Shown in pieces: positions 14,806 to 25,908 of a stretch of DNA of 64,000 nt. A model generated the notes under the pieces. The model saw only the letters and a program-made list of their open reading frames with translations, was not told the DNA's origin and ran no database searches. The position numbers and the translations under genes are program-made. The stretch comes from Eledone cirrhosa. Taxonomy: Eukaryota. Every line of letters begins with the position of its first letter. Position 1 is the first letter of the stretch. The DNA is taken from NCBI GenBank assembly GCA_964016885.1, contig OZ024742.1, positions 238,018,001 through 238,082,000 of the forward strand, given 5' to 3'.

Positions 14806-15559
14806 CAAACATTGAAGTCGATACTTATCTATATTTTTCTCATTTCCCCTCTCTCTCTCTCTCTCTCTCTCTCTGTTTCTCTAGAGTGTGCCAGTTTTAA
14901 ATACCCTTGGCAGGCTATACACTCCTACAACGCTGTTATGATTCCACCAAGAGCTAAAAGCCCATTGCAAGACATTGCACTATTGCTAGAATGTGAAGGT
15001 GCATCGCTTAGTTGTTAAGGTGTTGAACTCACGATCATAATGCCATCAGTTCGGTGCCTCGGCCGGGCGGCGGGTTGTGTTTTGAGAAAGTGAATTCGTT
15101 TCACATTGCTTTTCATGAAAATTATCTGAAATCAGAGAGCGGAAATAATTCAAACTTACGCACTTGACGAATATGCCAATTCACTGCTTGCTTGTTGATT
15201 AAACTGGGTCTTATACGTGACACTAATTTCTTTTTCTGAAACTCCATGTAAAATCTCCTTACTCTTATAAAGAACCCTGACATATTTAAGAAACGTTACG
15301 AAACTAAAGTCAATATTTATGGTGTTCTTTTATCGTGATTGCTTATGTATATGTGTTTAATAAATATCTCAATTAGATAAATCGAAATCTACCTTAGGAT
15401 ATCCTGGGATGTCGTTTTACCACATAAATCCCACTTGTTTTAAGTTTCTAACTTAACAGCTCATCTAGTAAAGTACTCTACAGAAATATTTACTACGTTG
15501 GTAATTAAGGACTTTCTCTTCGTCCTTCATGTACGTTCTGGTCATTTTATATTCAACCT

Positions 15560-15870
15560 CCAGTGGCCAACTGCAATTTATAGGAAGGCTTATACAGTAT
15601 CCTAAGTAGCAACTTTATTCGTTCTACGTGTCTAACTAACAATCAAGGGTCATAGTGTCATGGCCTGTTCTGTCCTTGACGCTGATTGTGCAAGATTCTC
15701 TTTGTCTGCCATTTTTTAGCCCTCCTTTACAGTACCCTAAAAATGGTTTTGGATAGGTTACCGTTTCAGGATAGGTAACCGTATCGGATGAGCTTCCGTC
15801 TTTTCACTGTTACAGGGAATGCTTTCTGTTTGCCATCATACTTGTTGAATTTCTAGCTGAAAACTTTGTA
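15560..15870 (-). mobile_element. Decayed RTE 3' coding fragment
   Basis: TVKRRKLIRYGYLS*NGNLSKTI..GTVKE..GRQRES resembles the RTE C-terminus. Confidence 0.55.
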
Positions 15871-16418
15871 GCGTAACAGCGTTCTAAAGCACTTGGGATT
15901 GAATGCAGTTAGTTTGGGAAATAACTATTCAAGGTAAACTTATCTTTTTACGTACATTAATGTGTTTATCTATTCACCTTAGATACTATGAAGGTAACAT
16001 CAAACAGAAATTGTTTGGTGCCGTGTGATGCAAAGAAAAAATTGACATTTGAATGTGATATACAATGTCATGCATTTATGCATATGTGGACCCAGCATGG
16101 GTGAATTGTTAAGATGTTATGTTTATTTTTATAATAATTATAAAAGTATATGCAAGATGCATGTTTTGCGTGTATTTAACAAAGACATTGGCAGAGAACT
16201 CTCGGTGTATAAATGTCTCGATTATAAAGATATAAGATGTGCCTTGGGAGGTACATGGGTGTTTAGTTATTATATTTAACAAATACGTATACACACGCAG
16301 ATACATTCATATATGTACACGTGCACCCCTCCCCCCATATATATATATATGTATATATACATATATATATATAGGCAAATATATACATGCATATATACAC
16401 ATAAACACGTAAATGCGC

Positions 16419-16419
<1 letters not shown>

Positions 16420-16490
<71 letters not shown>
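16420..16490. repeat. (GT)n microsatellite
   Basis: Direct inspection. Confidence 0.97.
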
Positions 16491-16492
<2 letters not shown>

Positions 16493-16853
16493 ATGCTCCC
16501 AGACAGCCCTGTAGGTTGATATCATCTTATGAGCATTTGTTTTCTAATAATATTCAAATACGTTTCGTGCCGTCTAAGCCATTTCTTGGATTACTATTGT
16601 ATTTTGCTGTATTCTCTGAATGTAGGAATTATAGATTTATTATTTCATTATTCCTTCCACTGATGCAGGAAAATCTATAACATAACGAAACCGTAAATAA
16701 TATATATAGAGGCGGGTGAGCAATGTGGCAGCATGCTACTATGTCCGTCTCTGGGTAAAAAACATAGCTCAAAATTTGTTCCTCTCTGTTTTTTCTATGC
16801 TTGTTTCCTTAAAGCTTACCATCATTTCGTTGGTATACATCTATTACGCATTT

Positions 16854-16910
16854 ACACCTGATGAGGTCACCAGGTTCTTAAGCAACCTGGCCACTGAAAT
16901 GTGCATATTC
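16854..16910 (+). ncRNA. Hammerhead-like motif, stem I not evident
   Basis: CTGATGA-ggt ca ccaggtt cttaagc aacctgg cc act-GAAA-tgtgcata. Confidence 0.45.
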
Positions 16911-16981
16911 TTTCCAATAATAAAAAAAAACTAAGGAAATTCAACATATTTGGCCTCCTGTCATTTCACTTTATAATATAT

Positions 16982-17007
16982 ACACACACACACACGCACA
17001 CACACGC

Positions 17008-17092
<85 letters not shown>
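16982..17092. repeat. (CA)n microsatellite
   Basis: Direct inspection. Confidence 0.97.
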
Positions 17093-17093
<1 letters not shown>

Positions 17094-17262
17094 CAATTGT
17101 TCTCAGTATGGTGAACTAACTGTTGTGTTACCACTTCTACCTAACTCGTCCCATGGACTGAGTGCTCTACCACTACGGATATTACCTTCCAGTGTTCTAC
17201 CTCTCTCTCTATATATATATATATATATTTACTGTTTCGTTATATATACATATATATACTAA

Positions 17263-17454
17263 TAATTGTTTCTACTGTTGGCACAAGGCCAGTAATTACC
17301 CAGTATATTACTGGTACTTTATTTTATCGACCCCGTAAGGATGAAAGGCAAAGTTAACCTCGGCGGGATTTGGACTCAGATCATAAAGGGCCGTAACTCA
17401 ATGCGTCAAAGCATGGCGTCGGCCCTCTACCGATACTGCCAATCCACCGCCCTT
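17263..17454 (-). mobile_element. SINE family A, full length
   Basis: Aligns to 11885-12074. Confidence 0.92.
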
Positions 17455-17494
17455 CATATATATACTAATAATTATCTAAAGAACGAAGAGTTAG

Positions 17495-17601
17495 ATCTTC
17501 ATTACGTTTATTGAGGTGTGACACGCATTTTGCGATTGATCAGCTCGTCGGAACTATGTTAATGTTATCATAACAGCTGATCTATCGCGAAATGCGCGTC
17601 A
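17495..17601 (-). mobile_element. Small inverted-repeat element with CCGACGA hammerhead variant
   Basis: Minus strand: gtt-CCGACGA-gctgatcaatcgc-aAAA-tgcgtgTC-ac. Inverted partial copy at 17577-17601; homologous to 41133-41245. Confidence 0.55.
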
Positions 17602-18377
17602 TCTATATATATATATAAAACTGAGGTTGTCTGTCTGTCTGTCTACTAAAACGGTCGGCACACATCTCCTTCTAAACCGTACGTTCAAATTTCGGTGAAA
17701 TTGCTACACTTGTAGATGAAGGTCCGGCGGAGACATCGGTCAAAATAATTTTCAAATCGACCCACGCCAAGTGCAAAAATCCAATTTGTAATGTATTGAT
17801 TTTTCAGTTCAAATGTATAAATAGAGATGAGAGACGAGTTATTTTCCTTTTATGGCGTCATTTGTTTATCTATTTACGTTACGAACAAACTACGCGTGCA
17901 AAAGTACAAAAAATACACCAACAGTTTTCGGACCAGCAAAATTTTAACCTGCAAAATTCATGAGTTCGAAGTTTCAATATTAAGCTTCCATTTTGCTTCA
18001 TTTCTTTTAAAAAGTCTTTTAAAACAATATTTTTACTTGAAAACAAGCCTATTTGAATACACCGTAAAACAAGCAAACATTTTGTAAAAAAAAGCATTGA
18101 TCTATATATATAATCTCGAATAAAGCCTTGTGAGATTTTCATTTAGAAGCAATGATTTTAAACGACAGACAGATAACGCATTTTTTTTTTTTTTTTTTAT
18201 TCATGTCCATCCAATTTCTTTGTTTCAAAATAACTGATAGTTTGGTTACGCTGATATTTTTCTCTGAGACAAGTGTTGCAGTGTTTACATTTTCGATTTT
18301 TGTTAATAGATTACCAGTGCAATTTTCATCCCCCAGCATCCTCTTTTGTTTTAACATTCGGGTTATGTTTAGTATAA
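17602..18377 (+). mobile_element. Helitron-like 5' portion
   Basis: TCTATATATATATATAAAACTGAGGTTGTCTGTCTGTCTGTC start. The 3' end is not seen, so the right boundary is uncertain. Confidence 0.45.
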
Positions 18378-18585
18378 ATAATTACACAGTGACATAAACA
18401 GGTACTCAAGGTTCGTTGGATTTTGGGCCCCAATCAGTTCAGCCTGTCATAAGAAAAATGAAAACAAAGATGGCCTCAAACCTAGGCGGCCATCTTTGTT
18501 TATATTTTACTCATGACAGCTGAACGAGTTGGGGCCCAGAACCCAACGAAGCTTGAGTACCCGTTTATATCACCGTTATAATTAT
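18378..18585. mobile_element. Palindromic MITE (~205 bp)
   Basis: Arms ATAATTA..ATAAACAGGTACTCAAGGTTCGTTGG..AAACAAAGATGGCC and GGCCATCTTTGTTT..CCAACGAAGCTTGAGTACCCGTTTAT..TAATTAT. Confidence 0.8.
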
Positions 18586-18829
18586 ATATAGATATATATA
18601 TAAATTTCGATAAATATATTTTTCTCTGGGATAAAAATAATCCTTCGATATAATTCAGTTTCTTTGATTTTGCTGTTGTCCTTCGTAGACATACTTTAAA
18701 ATTGCATGCTATTAAATTCCTATTTGGCGGCCGATTGAATTGATTTGAATTGAATGGGCATCCGTCGCTATGTGTGTTTCAATTCTTCGATTTGCCGAAC
18801 AGCCTGCTCATGGAACTGTATGTGCGTCT

Positions 18830-19806
18830 GTGTACATGCATATATAATGGCTGCAAACTCTGCCAAGAGTATTGTAATCGCTTGTCAGATTCAGATGTGT
18901 GACGCTCAGATATGGCTTTTCAAGCCTGTTAGAGACTTGCACTCCTTCACGCACTGACGACAACTATGGATCTCCCTGGCTTGAGGTCCTACATCAGATT
19001 GCCCGTGAACCCTCACAACACCATGGAGATCATACTTCACTGGTTCTCTTTGAACATGGCTGCGACTGTGGCTCCTGAGACCAGATTTGCTTAAGCAAAT
19101 TTTTCCACATTCAGGGCACTTCAATCCAATGGAGACACCGATGGTTTCGAGAGATACTCCAGGGCATTGCTTACGCACATCCCGTTTGATCTTCTCGTGT
19201 TCTATGCGTCTGTCCTCAAAATTATGGATCCCGTCATTCACCATTACACGCCAAGTTTCTCTTTCAAGAGCTTCTATCTCCTTGTCAGTCATCATAAAAC
19301 CAGTCTTTTTCAATGAGTCCTTTACACAATCCTTGAATCGGGGCCTTGGCTTGTGAGGTGGTCTCTTACCCTCACAAAGCTCGCCATACAAGAGTTTTGG
19401 GATTCGATCATCCTCCATTCTGCAGAGGTGTCCGGTCCATCGCAAACGCCGTTGGTGGATGATACACTCATTGCTCCGACACTCACTTCTCTCAAGGGCC
19501 TCAACATCACTCACATGTATATGCCACTTGATACCGAGCATCTTTCTGAGACACTGCTGGTGAAACGGTTCCAGTCTGTGGATATACCGTTTGTAGGCAA
19601 CCCATGTTTCACATGCATACAGTAAAGCTTACAGTACACATGTAGCATACACTTTCATCTTGGTCCTCATTGTGATTCCTCTCCTGCATCAAAGACGATC
19701 GTTGAGCTTTCCAAATGACTCACTTGCCTTACTTACACGTAGACCAACTTCTGAATCTATAGGGCAGGCCACACTTAGAGTACTCCCCAAGTACACAAAT
19801 ATGTCA
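18830..19806 (-). mobile_element. RTE LINE 3' fragment with two C-terminal C2H2 zinc fingers
   Basis: FVYLGS, LYACETW, RRLRWTGHLCRMEDDRIPK.LYGEL; CPECGKICLSKSGLRSHSRSH; CRQCVKECKSLTGLKSH. Confidence 0.9.
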
Positions 19807-19807
19807 G

Positions 19808-19893
19808 CATACATACATACATACATACATACATACATACATACATACATACATACATACATACATACATACATACATACATACATACATACA
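19808..19893. repeat. (CATA)n microsatellite
   Basis: Direct inspection. Confidence 0.97.
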
Positions 19894-19907
19894 TGATGGC
19901 TGCATAC

Positions 19908-20011
19908 TCAGGGCACTTCAATTCAATGGAGACACCGATTGTTTCGAGAGATACACTCTATGCGTCAAAATTATGGACCCATCATTCACCATTCCACGCC
20001 AAGTTTCTCTT
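19908..20011 (-). mobile_element. Deleted duplicate of RTE segment 19110-19262
   Basis: TCAGGGCACTTCAATTCAATGGAGACACCG...ACGCCAAGTTTCTCTT. Confidence 0.8.
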
Positions 20012-20114
20012 AAAAATACATACATACGAATATGTATTTATATATGTAGGTAAGTAAGTAGTTACGTAGATATGTGATTTGATGAATCAGATTTTTCCAC
20101 TGAAATAATTTGCA

Positions 20115-20172
20115 ATCACTGATGAGTATATTTGCTGAAAGTCAGTCAAAGGTCAACTGCATGAAACCGTTA
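20115..20172 (+). ncRNA. Degenerate hammerhead motif, 3' side replaced by (TATAT)n (20170-20246)
   Basis: atca-CTGATGA-gt...at-GAAACCGTTA. Confidence 0.4.
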
Positions 20173-20574
20173 TATTATATTATATTATATTATATTATAT
20201 TATATTATATTATATTATATTATATTATATTACATTTCATTATATTGTGGCCAATAAAGAAACCATATATTATATTGCATGGCTACTAAGCATATTTTCT
20301 CATTGGTGCTCAAAGTTTCATGATGGCATCTGATTAGTCGTATTAGAGCAATATAGTGTGCACTATCAATCTTCAGCATTTTTTAAAATAATATATATTT
20401 CTTTATATACCGAGGGCTCATTCACTCGATTGTGATTATGCATTCGTGTCAGATCACGAAACCGAAAATTGCGCGATTATTTTCGCGTGTGCGATTCATT
20501 ATATATATTATTTATACGAACGCAAATACTAGGGCGTTCAAGTATCACCGGACAGTTTTCACGAAAGAATTTCA

Positions 20575-21100
20575 GGAGCTGCTGCTGCTTCAGTAATTGG
20601 CCAGCTTTAGCGTTCGGTCATCGTAAGAATTAAGGCAGGTGTAAAAGACAAGCTTATTACCTTCAATTCGGTGTTCGTGTCTGCCCTTATATATGGTCAT
20701 AAATCTTTGATAGTAACCGAAAGAATACGATCGCGAATACAAGCGGCCGAAGAGGGATTCCTCCGAAAGGTCTCTGGGTAACATTAATCGATAGGGTGCG
20801 TAGCTCGGAAATCAGCAAGTGGCTCCAAATAGAATCGCTACTGCTCCGAAGTGAGAGATCACAGCTTCGATACGACATGGATGTGGTTAGAATGTCTCAA
20901 GAAGGAATCGCTAGACAGATTTTATAAACGAAGCCAACTAGTAAGAGATATGTGGTTAGACCACAAGCAAGATGGATGGTAACATCCATGAGCATCGTTT
21001 CTCTCGCTTAGGAACCTAGCCAGATTATTTTGAGATTTTTTTTTCTGAGAGAACACTTAGAAAGCCGTGGCTGAGGATTTTGCTATCACAACCCTCCTTG
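20575..21100 (+). mobile_element. RTE LINE 3' fragment (family of 43060-44680)
   Basis: Aligns to 44275-44660; RSRIQAAE, SQLR.HVVRMSQE. Confidence 0.8.
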
Positions 21101-21983
21101 GTATATGTAGGTAAAGAAGAAATTATATAAATACATCCGTGCATGCGAGCATGCATGTATTTGTGTGTGCAAAAATTCAAAGACCTAGAGTTTTCACGCA
21201 ATCTGTCATGCGGAAAATCCTTCAAAATTACATTAAGAGTGCACGTGTCTCTGGAATGCCCGTTAATTTCAGAAGCACGTTGTTCCGTTGTTCAGATAAC
21301 TAGAGCACTTACCATTGATACTGACGCAAATCCAATACACGCACACACCTATTCACACGCAGGTCCGCACACACACACACACACAGGAATTTTGATTGCC
21401 CACGCAAATGTCCATATTCATAAGAGATAGATACAATGTCTCAGGTGGAAACTGCCAGTATGTTAAAAAGTAATAATTTGTCTAGAGCTCACTAAATGAT
21501 TAATATATCAACGAAGGTGGGATGAGGTTGTGGGAAATATGCACTTCCAAATTCTAATATACAGTAAGAATATGTATTGATTCCATGGTAGTCAGGGAAA
21601 TAGGTCTGGCTTAATAGGCTAATGTTGATGTATTTCTTTGTAGATTATGATGTACTGTGGAATATTTTATTAAGTTTGTATAAATCAACTAAAGTTTGTA
21701 ATAATCGATATGTGTTGTTGTTGTTAGTGGTGGTCGGGGAGTGTTGTCGGTATTACATTCAATGAGAGTCAAGTATGAGGTGTTAGACATTAATTTCAGT
21801 TTAATTATTCTGAAAATAGAATCACATGTTCGATATAATCAATTTTCCGTCTCTTTTAGTTCGAATTATTGAACATTGATTATATTTTCACGTAATTCTC
21901 CCACCTCATACCTCCACATTTTTTACAAACTCAGACTGCAATATTAGATATGCATTTACATTTTATATCTTGCTGTCTCATGC

Positions 21984-21993
21984 ATGTGTGCGT

Positions 21994-22047
<54 letters not shown>
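21984..22047. repeat. (GT)n microsatellite
   Basis: Direct inspection. Confidence 0.95.
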
Positions 22048-22048
<1 letters not shown>

Positions 22049-22439
22049 TTCATGTCCAGACAAAGAAGATTATTTGCCACCTGATTAAACGAATGTGTGG
22101 TAAATCCTTTTAAAACCCAATTCCAGTTTAACTAACCTATCCTCTCCATATTTATTGTTTAGTCAAGTTCACACTTAACTTCTCACTGACCCACTTGAGA
22201 TTCCTGTTTAGAAGTTTTACACGCTACCCAACACCTATTTTTTCAGGCTATATATAGTGAAAGATTGATTTAATCATGTTTGTATTAATATATATGTATA
22301 TATAGTTGAAGAAACAACAAAATGAAAGGGATGCCAAAAAGAAAAAAAAACACAATATATACATACCAACAGTCGATCGACTTTCGTCAAATCGGCCCGA
22401 GGAAACAATGTTTCCGTTGGTCTTTCCAATTGCTAATAC

Positions 22440-22588
22440 TATTTATCGGTCGTAACTCCAGGTAGAGAGAGTAACATGAAATAAAATCTCTTGCTCCAGG
22501 ACATAACACATCAACCGGTCCTGGAATCGAACTCACAACCTCACCATTTCGAATCCAATTCTCTCACCACTCAACCACATGCCTTCAC
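22440..22588 (-). mobile_element. tRNA-derived SINE, family B (older)
   Basis: GGCATGTGGTTGAGTGG A box, GAGTTCGATTCC B box, GTCCTGGAGCAAGA core. Confidence 0.7.
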
Positions 22589-22609
22589 AATATGTGCAAA
22601 TATGAATCT

Positions 22610-22948
22610 ATATACATAGTATAATGATAAATTTCATTGACGTTCTCGAGTAAGTTTATGGGGACAATGCCCCCAAAGAAATCAACAACCTACAAATGGA
22701 TAAGTCGTTTTAGCAGTGGAAGAGATGAGGTTGAAGATGATCCCCAGTTGAAGATGTAAAAAAAAAGCTGCTTTGACATGGTTTAAATCGCATGGTCCTC
22801 AGTTTTACACAGATTAACTTAAAGGCTGGTATCAACGCTTGCAGAAGTGTATTGAATTAGATGGAGCATATGTTGAAAAATAATCATAACTTAAACCGTA
22901 TTTTCCAACTGTCCCTTTTCCACGAACTTTTTAAAGCCTCCTTGTATA
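22610..22948 (+). mobile_element. Internally deleted mariner transposon
   Basis: VYGDNAPK..W.SRF.SGRDEVEDDP (HTH) joined to KGWYQRLQKCIELDGAYVEK*; ends CCTCCTTG-TA. Confidence 0.8.
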
Positions 22949-22951
22949 TAA

Positions 22952-23182
22952 GTAGTATAAAGAATTTGCTCAATCGCAGAAATTCTATAAATATAACTTA
23001 GCAAATATGGTAAAGGCCAATAAAGGACGAAAACAAAGTTGCCATCGACCGTTTTAAGGAGATATGGGGTTTAATTACTCATAGCGGCCGATGGCAACTT
23101 CTCTTTTTGTCCTGTAAGGGTCTCTATTGTATAACTCTATTTTATAAGCTATCTTTATAGCATTTCTGCGCTTTAACACTAT

Positions 23183-23188
<6 letters not shown>
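22952..23188. mobile_element. Degenerate fold-back MITE
   Basis: CGCAGAAAT..AGGAC..AAGTTGCCATCGACCG and CGGCCGATGGCAACTT..GTCCT..ATTTCTGCG. Confidence 0.6.
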
Positions 23189-23220
<32 letters not shown>

Positions 23221-23265
23221 CGTAAAATAAGAAAATTATAAAATTAACTTACTTACTAAAAAATC

Positions 23266-23348
23266 ACTTCCAACTAATTAGTTTCTGGAATGGAGTAAAT
23301 ATATTTTCCGAAGAAACACATGGAAAATCATTCCGTCATCAGGAAAGT
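23266..23348 (-). ncRNA. Type I hammerhead ribozyme (left arm)
   Basis: Inverted copy of 23838-23920. Confidence 0.72.
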
Positions 23349-23837
23349 CTTTTTCCGTATAGGTCTCCATGCATAGCGAGGACACTGGAAACTTATTAAA
23401 AAAATAATTCAGTGGAATGGAAATAGCAAAGCGTGGACTGGATTCCAAGCCATTGAGAAAATCACTGCCTCCTCGTCTGTGGCAAATTCAAAAAGAATCA
23501 ATCACGTGACATCGAGGTCAATCAGTGGAAAGCGAATGGTTATTAAGACAGCGGCCAGCTTACTACCATAGTAGCAGTCATGGCCAAATATTGCTCGACA
23601 AATGAATTGGAGATAATTATAAGGAATTTATATCTAGTAACATTAACCATTCGCTTTCCACTGATTGACCTCGATGTCACGTGATTGATTCTTTTTGAAT
23701 TTGCCACAGACGAGGAGGCAGTGATTTTCTCAATGGCTTGGAATCCAGTCCACGCTTTGCTATTTCCATTCCACTGAATTATTTTTTTAATAAGTTTCCA
23801 GTGTCCTCGCTATGCCTGGAAACCTATACGGAAAATG

Positions 23838-23920
23838 ACTTTCCTGATGACGGAATGATTTTCTATGTGTTTCTTCGGAAAATATATTTACTCCATTCCA
23901 GAAACTAATTAGTTGGAAGT
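23838..23920 (+). ncRNA. Type I hammerhead ribozyme (right arm)
   Basis: actttc-CTGATGA-c ggaatg...cattcc a-GAAA-cta at tag-TT-ggaagt; palindromic stem III ACTAATTAGT. Confidence 0.75.
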
Positions 23921-24107
23921 GATTTTTTAGTAAGTAAGTTAATTTTATAATTTTCTTATTTTACGTCTCTCATATTATTGTTCTGCAACCCCATGCATTG
24001 AACCACATTGTTAATAAGACAAAACCTATATATTTGCTAGCATTGATATGCATCTGTGTGTATATAAATGTTACTAGATATAAATTCCTTATATATATAT
24101 ATATATA

Positions 24108-24300
24108 GATGGAAAGGGAGATATATTTTAATTATGTCTCATATAAAATAATACAACTGGCTTTCCGCAAAATACATATAGTTAGCACCCCAAACGTAAA
24201 ATTGGGATTATACTAAGGTATATCCTAATGTTTGTTGAGTGAGATGGAAGCCAGTCAGAGTATAGCATAAAGCTTTCTCTGTTAATGTTTTGAATATTGA
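24108..24300 (+). mobile_element. (TA)n-flanked dispersed repeat, likely Penelope pseudo-LTR end
   Basis: Homologous to 60042-60228 (minus) and 60657-60698 (minus). Confidence 0.65.
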
Positions 24301-24335
<35 letters not shown>

Positions 24336-25051
24336 AGAAGGTAGTACAGCATAATCGAAGCTCTGGTGGTTGCGGGCAAGCTAACGAATGCTTCCGGGAA
24401 GTCCAGCCAAAAGCACTCAATAAGGAATTTTACCTTAGAGTTGTAACATTACGTTTAGACAGCTATGCAAATTGAAGACAGCGACCGAAATGCGAGCTGC
24501 TAGGACCAGAACAACGAAAAAAAAACCGACTCAGGGAAATGTTTGACAATTACCTGGACCATCGTGGATATATTACATAATATTATATAACATCTCCACT
24601 AGGTTTTTGTAAATCCGAAATCAACAAAATCCATTTGCAGGGGCCTGCAAATTAATTGGTTTTTGGAAGATAGAACAGTGGAATTTACTTGGTCAACAAG
24701 TTTTCGTTCTGCCACCGCCGGTTGCAAGAACTAGTAGTAAACACTGCTAGTAGTCACGTGGTTTCTCCGAGGGGAGGTACCCCCCCCCCCCCGGTTTTGG
24801 CGGTCAAATTCAAAATTTGAACAAAGGATTTAAATCCTTTACACAAACCGAATAAAAGCGCTCAACTAGATGTTATTAAACAAACAGAAACAATTAACCA
24901 ATCAATAGAATTGTCTAATTAAATTAATCAATTAATCTTTAAGTCTAGGAGATAATAATACAAGAAGATAGTACATATATATATATATACACACACACAC
25001 TTATATTCTGTGGTTGAAAAGCCGAAAATTCGGCTTCGTTCATTATATATA

Positions 25052-25089
25052 CTAGCAGAAAAACCACCCTTCGGGTGGTTTTCTGCTAG
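25052..25089. repeat. Strong hairpin with CTAG at both ends
   Basis: CTAGCAGAAAAACCACCC-TTC-GGGTGGTTTTCTGCTAG; a half-copy lies at 3240-3256. Confidence 0.85.
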
Positions 25090-25635
25090 CATGTGTAGTG
25101 TGTATATTGATATTATACGCAGGTATATATACATGTAGATATGATACATCAAATAAAATCGTAATTGACAATATATAATACATAGAAATTGAACGAAGAC
25201 TGCGTTACACTGTCTTATTTAATCAGTAACGTAATCCATGATACATTAAAAAAGACGATATTATATATAAACTGCATTAGGAGAAAATTAGTGACAGAGA
25301 ATTAGTATGTTTATTTAAGCGATGGTCAACCGGAAGTGCTGACATTTTAGAAATTTTAAAGAAGTGAATCTTTAAATAAACAAAATACATTTAATCAACA
25401 GCCACGAAATTTAGTAGATAAATTATGTAATATTTATTCATTATTTATTCAAAGTAATCCAACTTATTTTACTAAAAAAAATTACAAACCGTACGTAGTC
25501 CCGCGCTCCTTACTTTATTATAGTTTATATATATATATTAAAGAGGTAAACAAGATTCAACAATGAGTACATCAAAGAATGAGTTTTACAGTAGATTGGA
25601 AGCACTCTACAGAAAAATATTTTCCAGAGTTATTA

Positions 25636-25908
25636 ATATAATATTAAATTCAAATATTAATAAAATAGTTGTTCTTGTGATCAATTAAATTTTATTATAC
25701 ATATTTCAGAGGTTCGTGAATCAGGTTCAAGGTACTACCTTGATTAAATCTTAACCATCTAACATCTCAGGGTATGTCATGTATCATTTTATTTTATCTG
25801 ATGAGGACGTACTGCTGAACCTGATTCACGTACCTCTGAAATATGTATAATAAAATTTAATTGATCACAAGAACATCTATTTTATTAATATTTGAATTTA
25901 ATATTATA
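25636..25908. mobile_element. Small fold-back element with hammerhead
   Basis: Inverted arms 25636-25729 and 25816-25908; abuts (TA)n. Confidence 0.85.
25791..25856 (+). ncRNA. Type I hammerhead ribozyme
   Basis: attttat-CTGATGA-gga cgtac..tgaa/ttca..gtac ctct-GAAA-ta tg ta-TA-ataaaat; 7-bp stem I. Confidence 0.78.

Larger units (their letters stand above)
23211..23975. mobile_element. Fold-back element with ~330-bp near-perfect inverted arms, each carrying a hammerhead
   Basis: Arms 23211-23542 and 23644-23975, ~100-bp spacer, about 4 mismatches by eye; abuts (TA)n. Confidence 0.9.

Noticed and set aside
16655-16697. Hammerhead-like CTGATGC...GAAACCGTA
   Set aside because: A9 is mutated and neither stem II nor stem I pairs.
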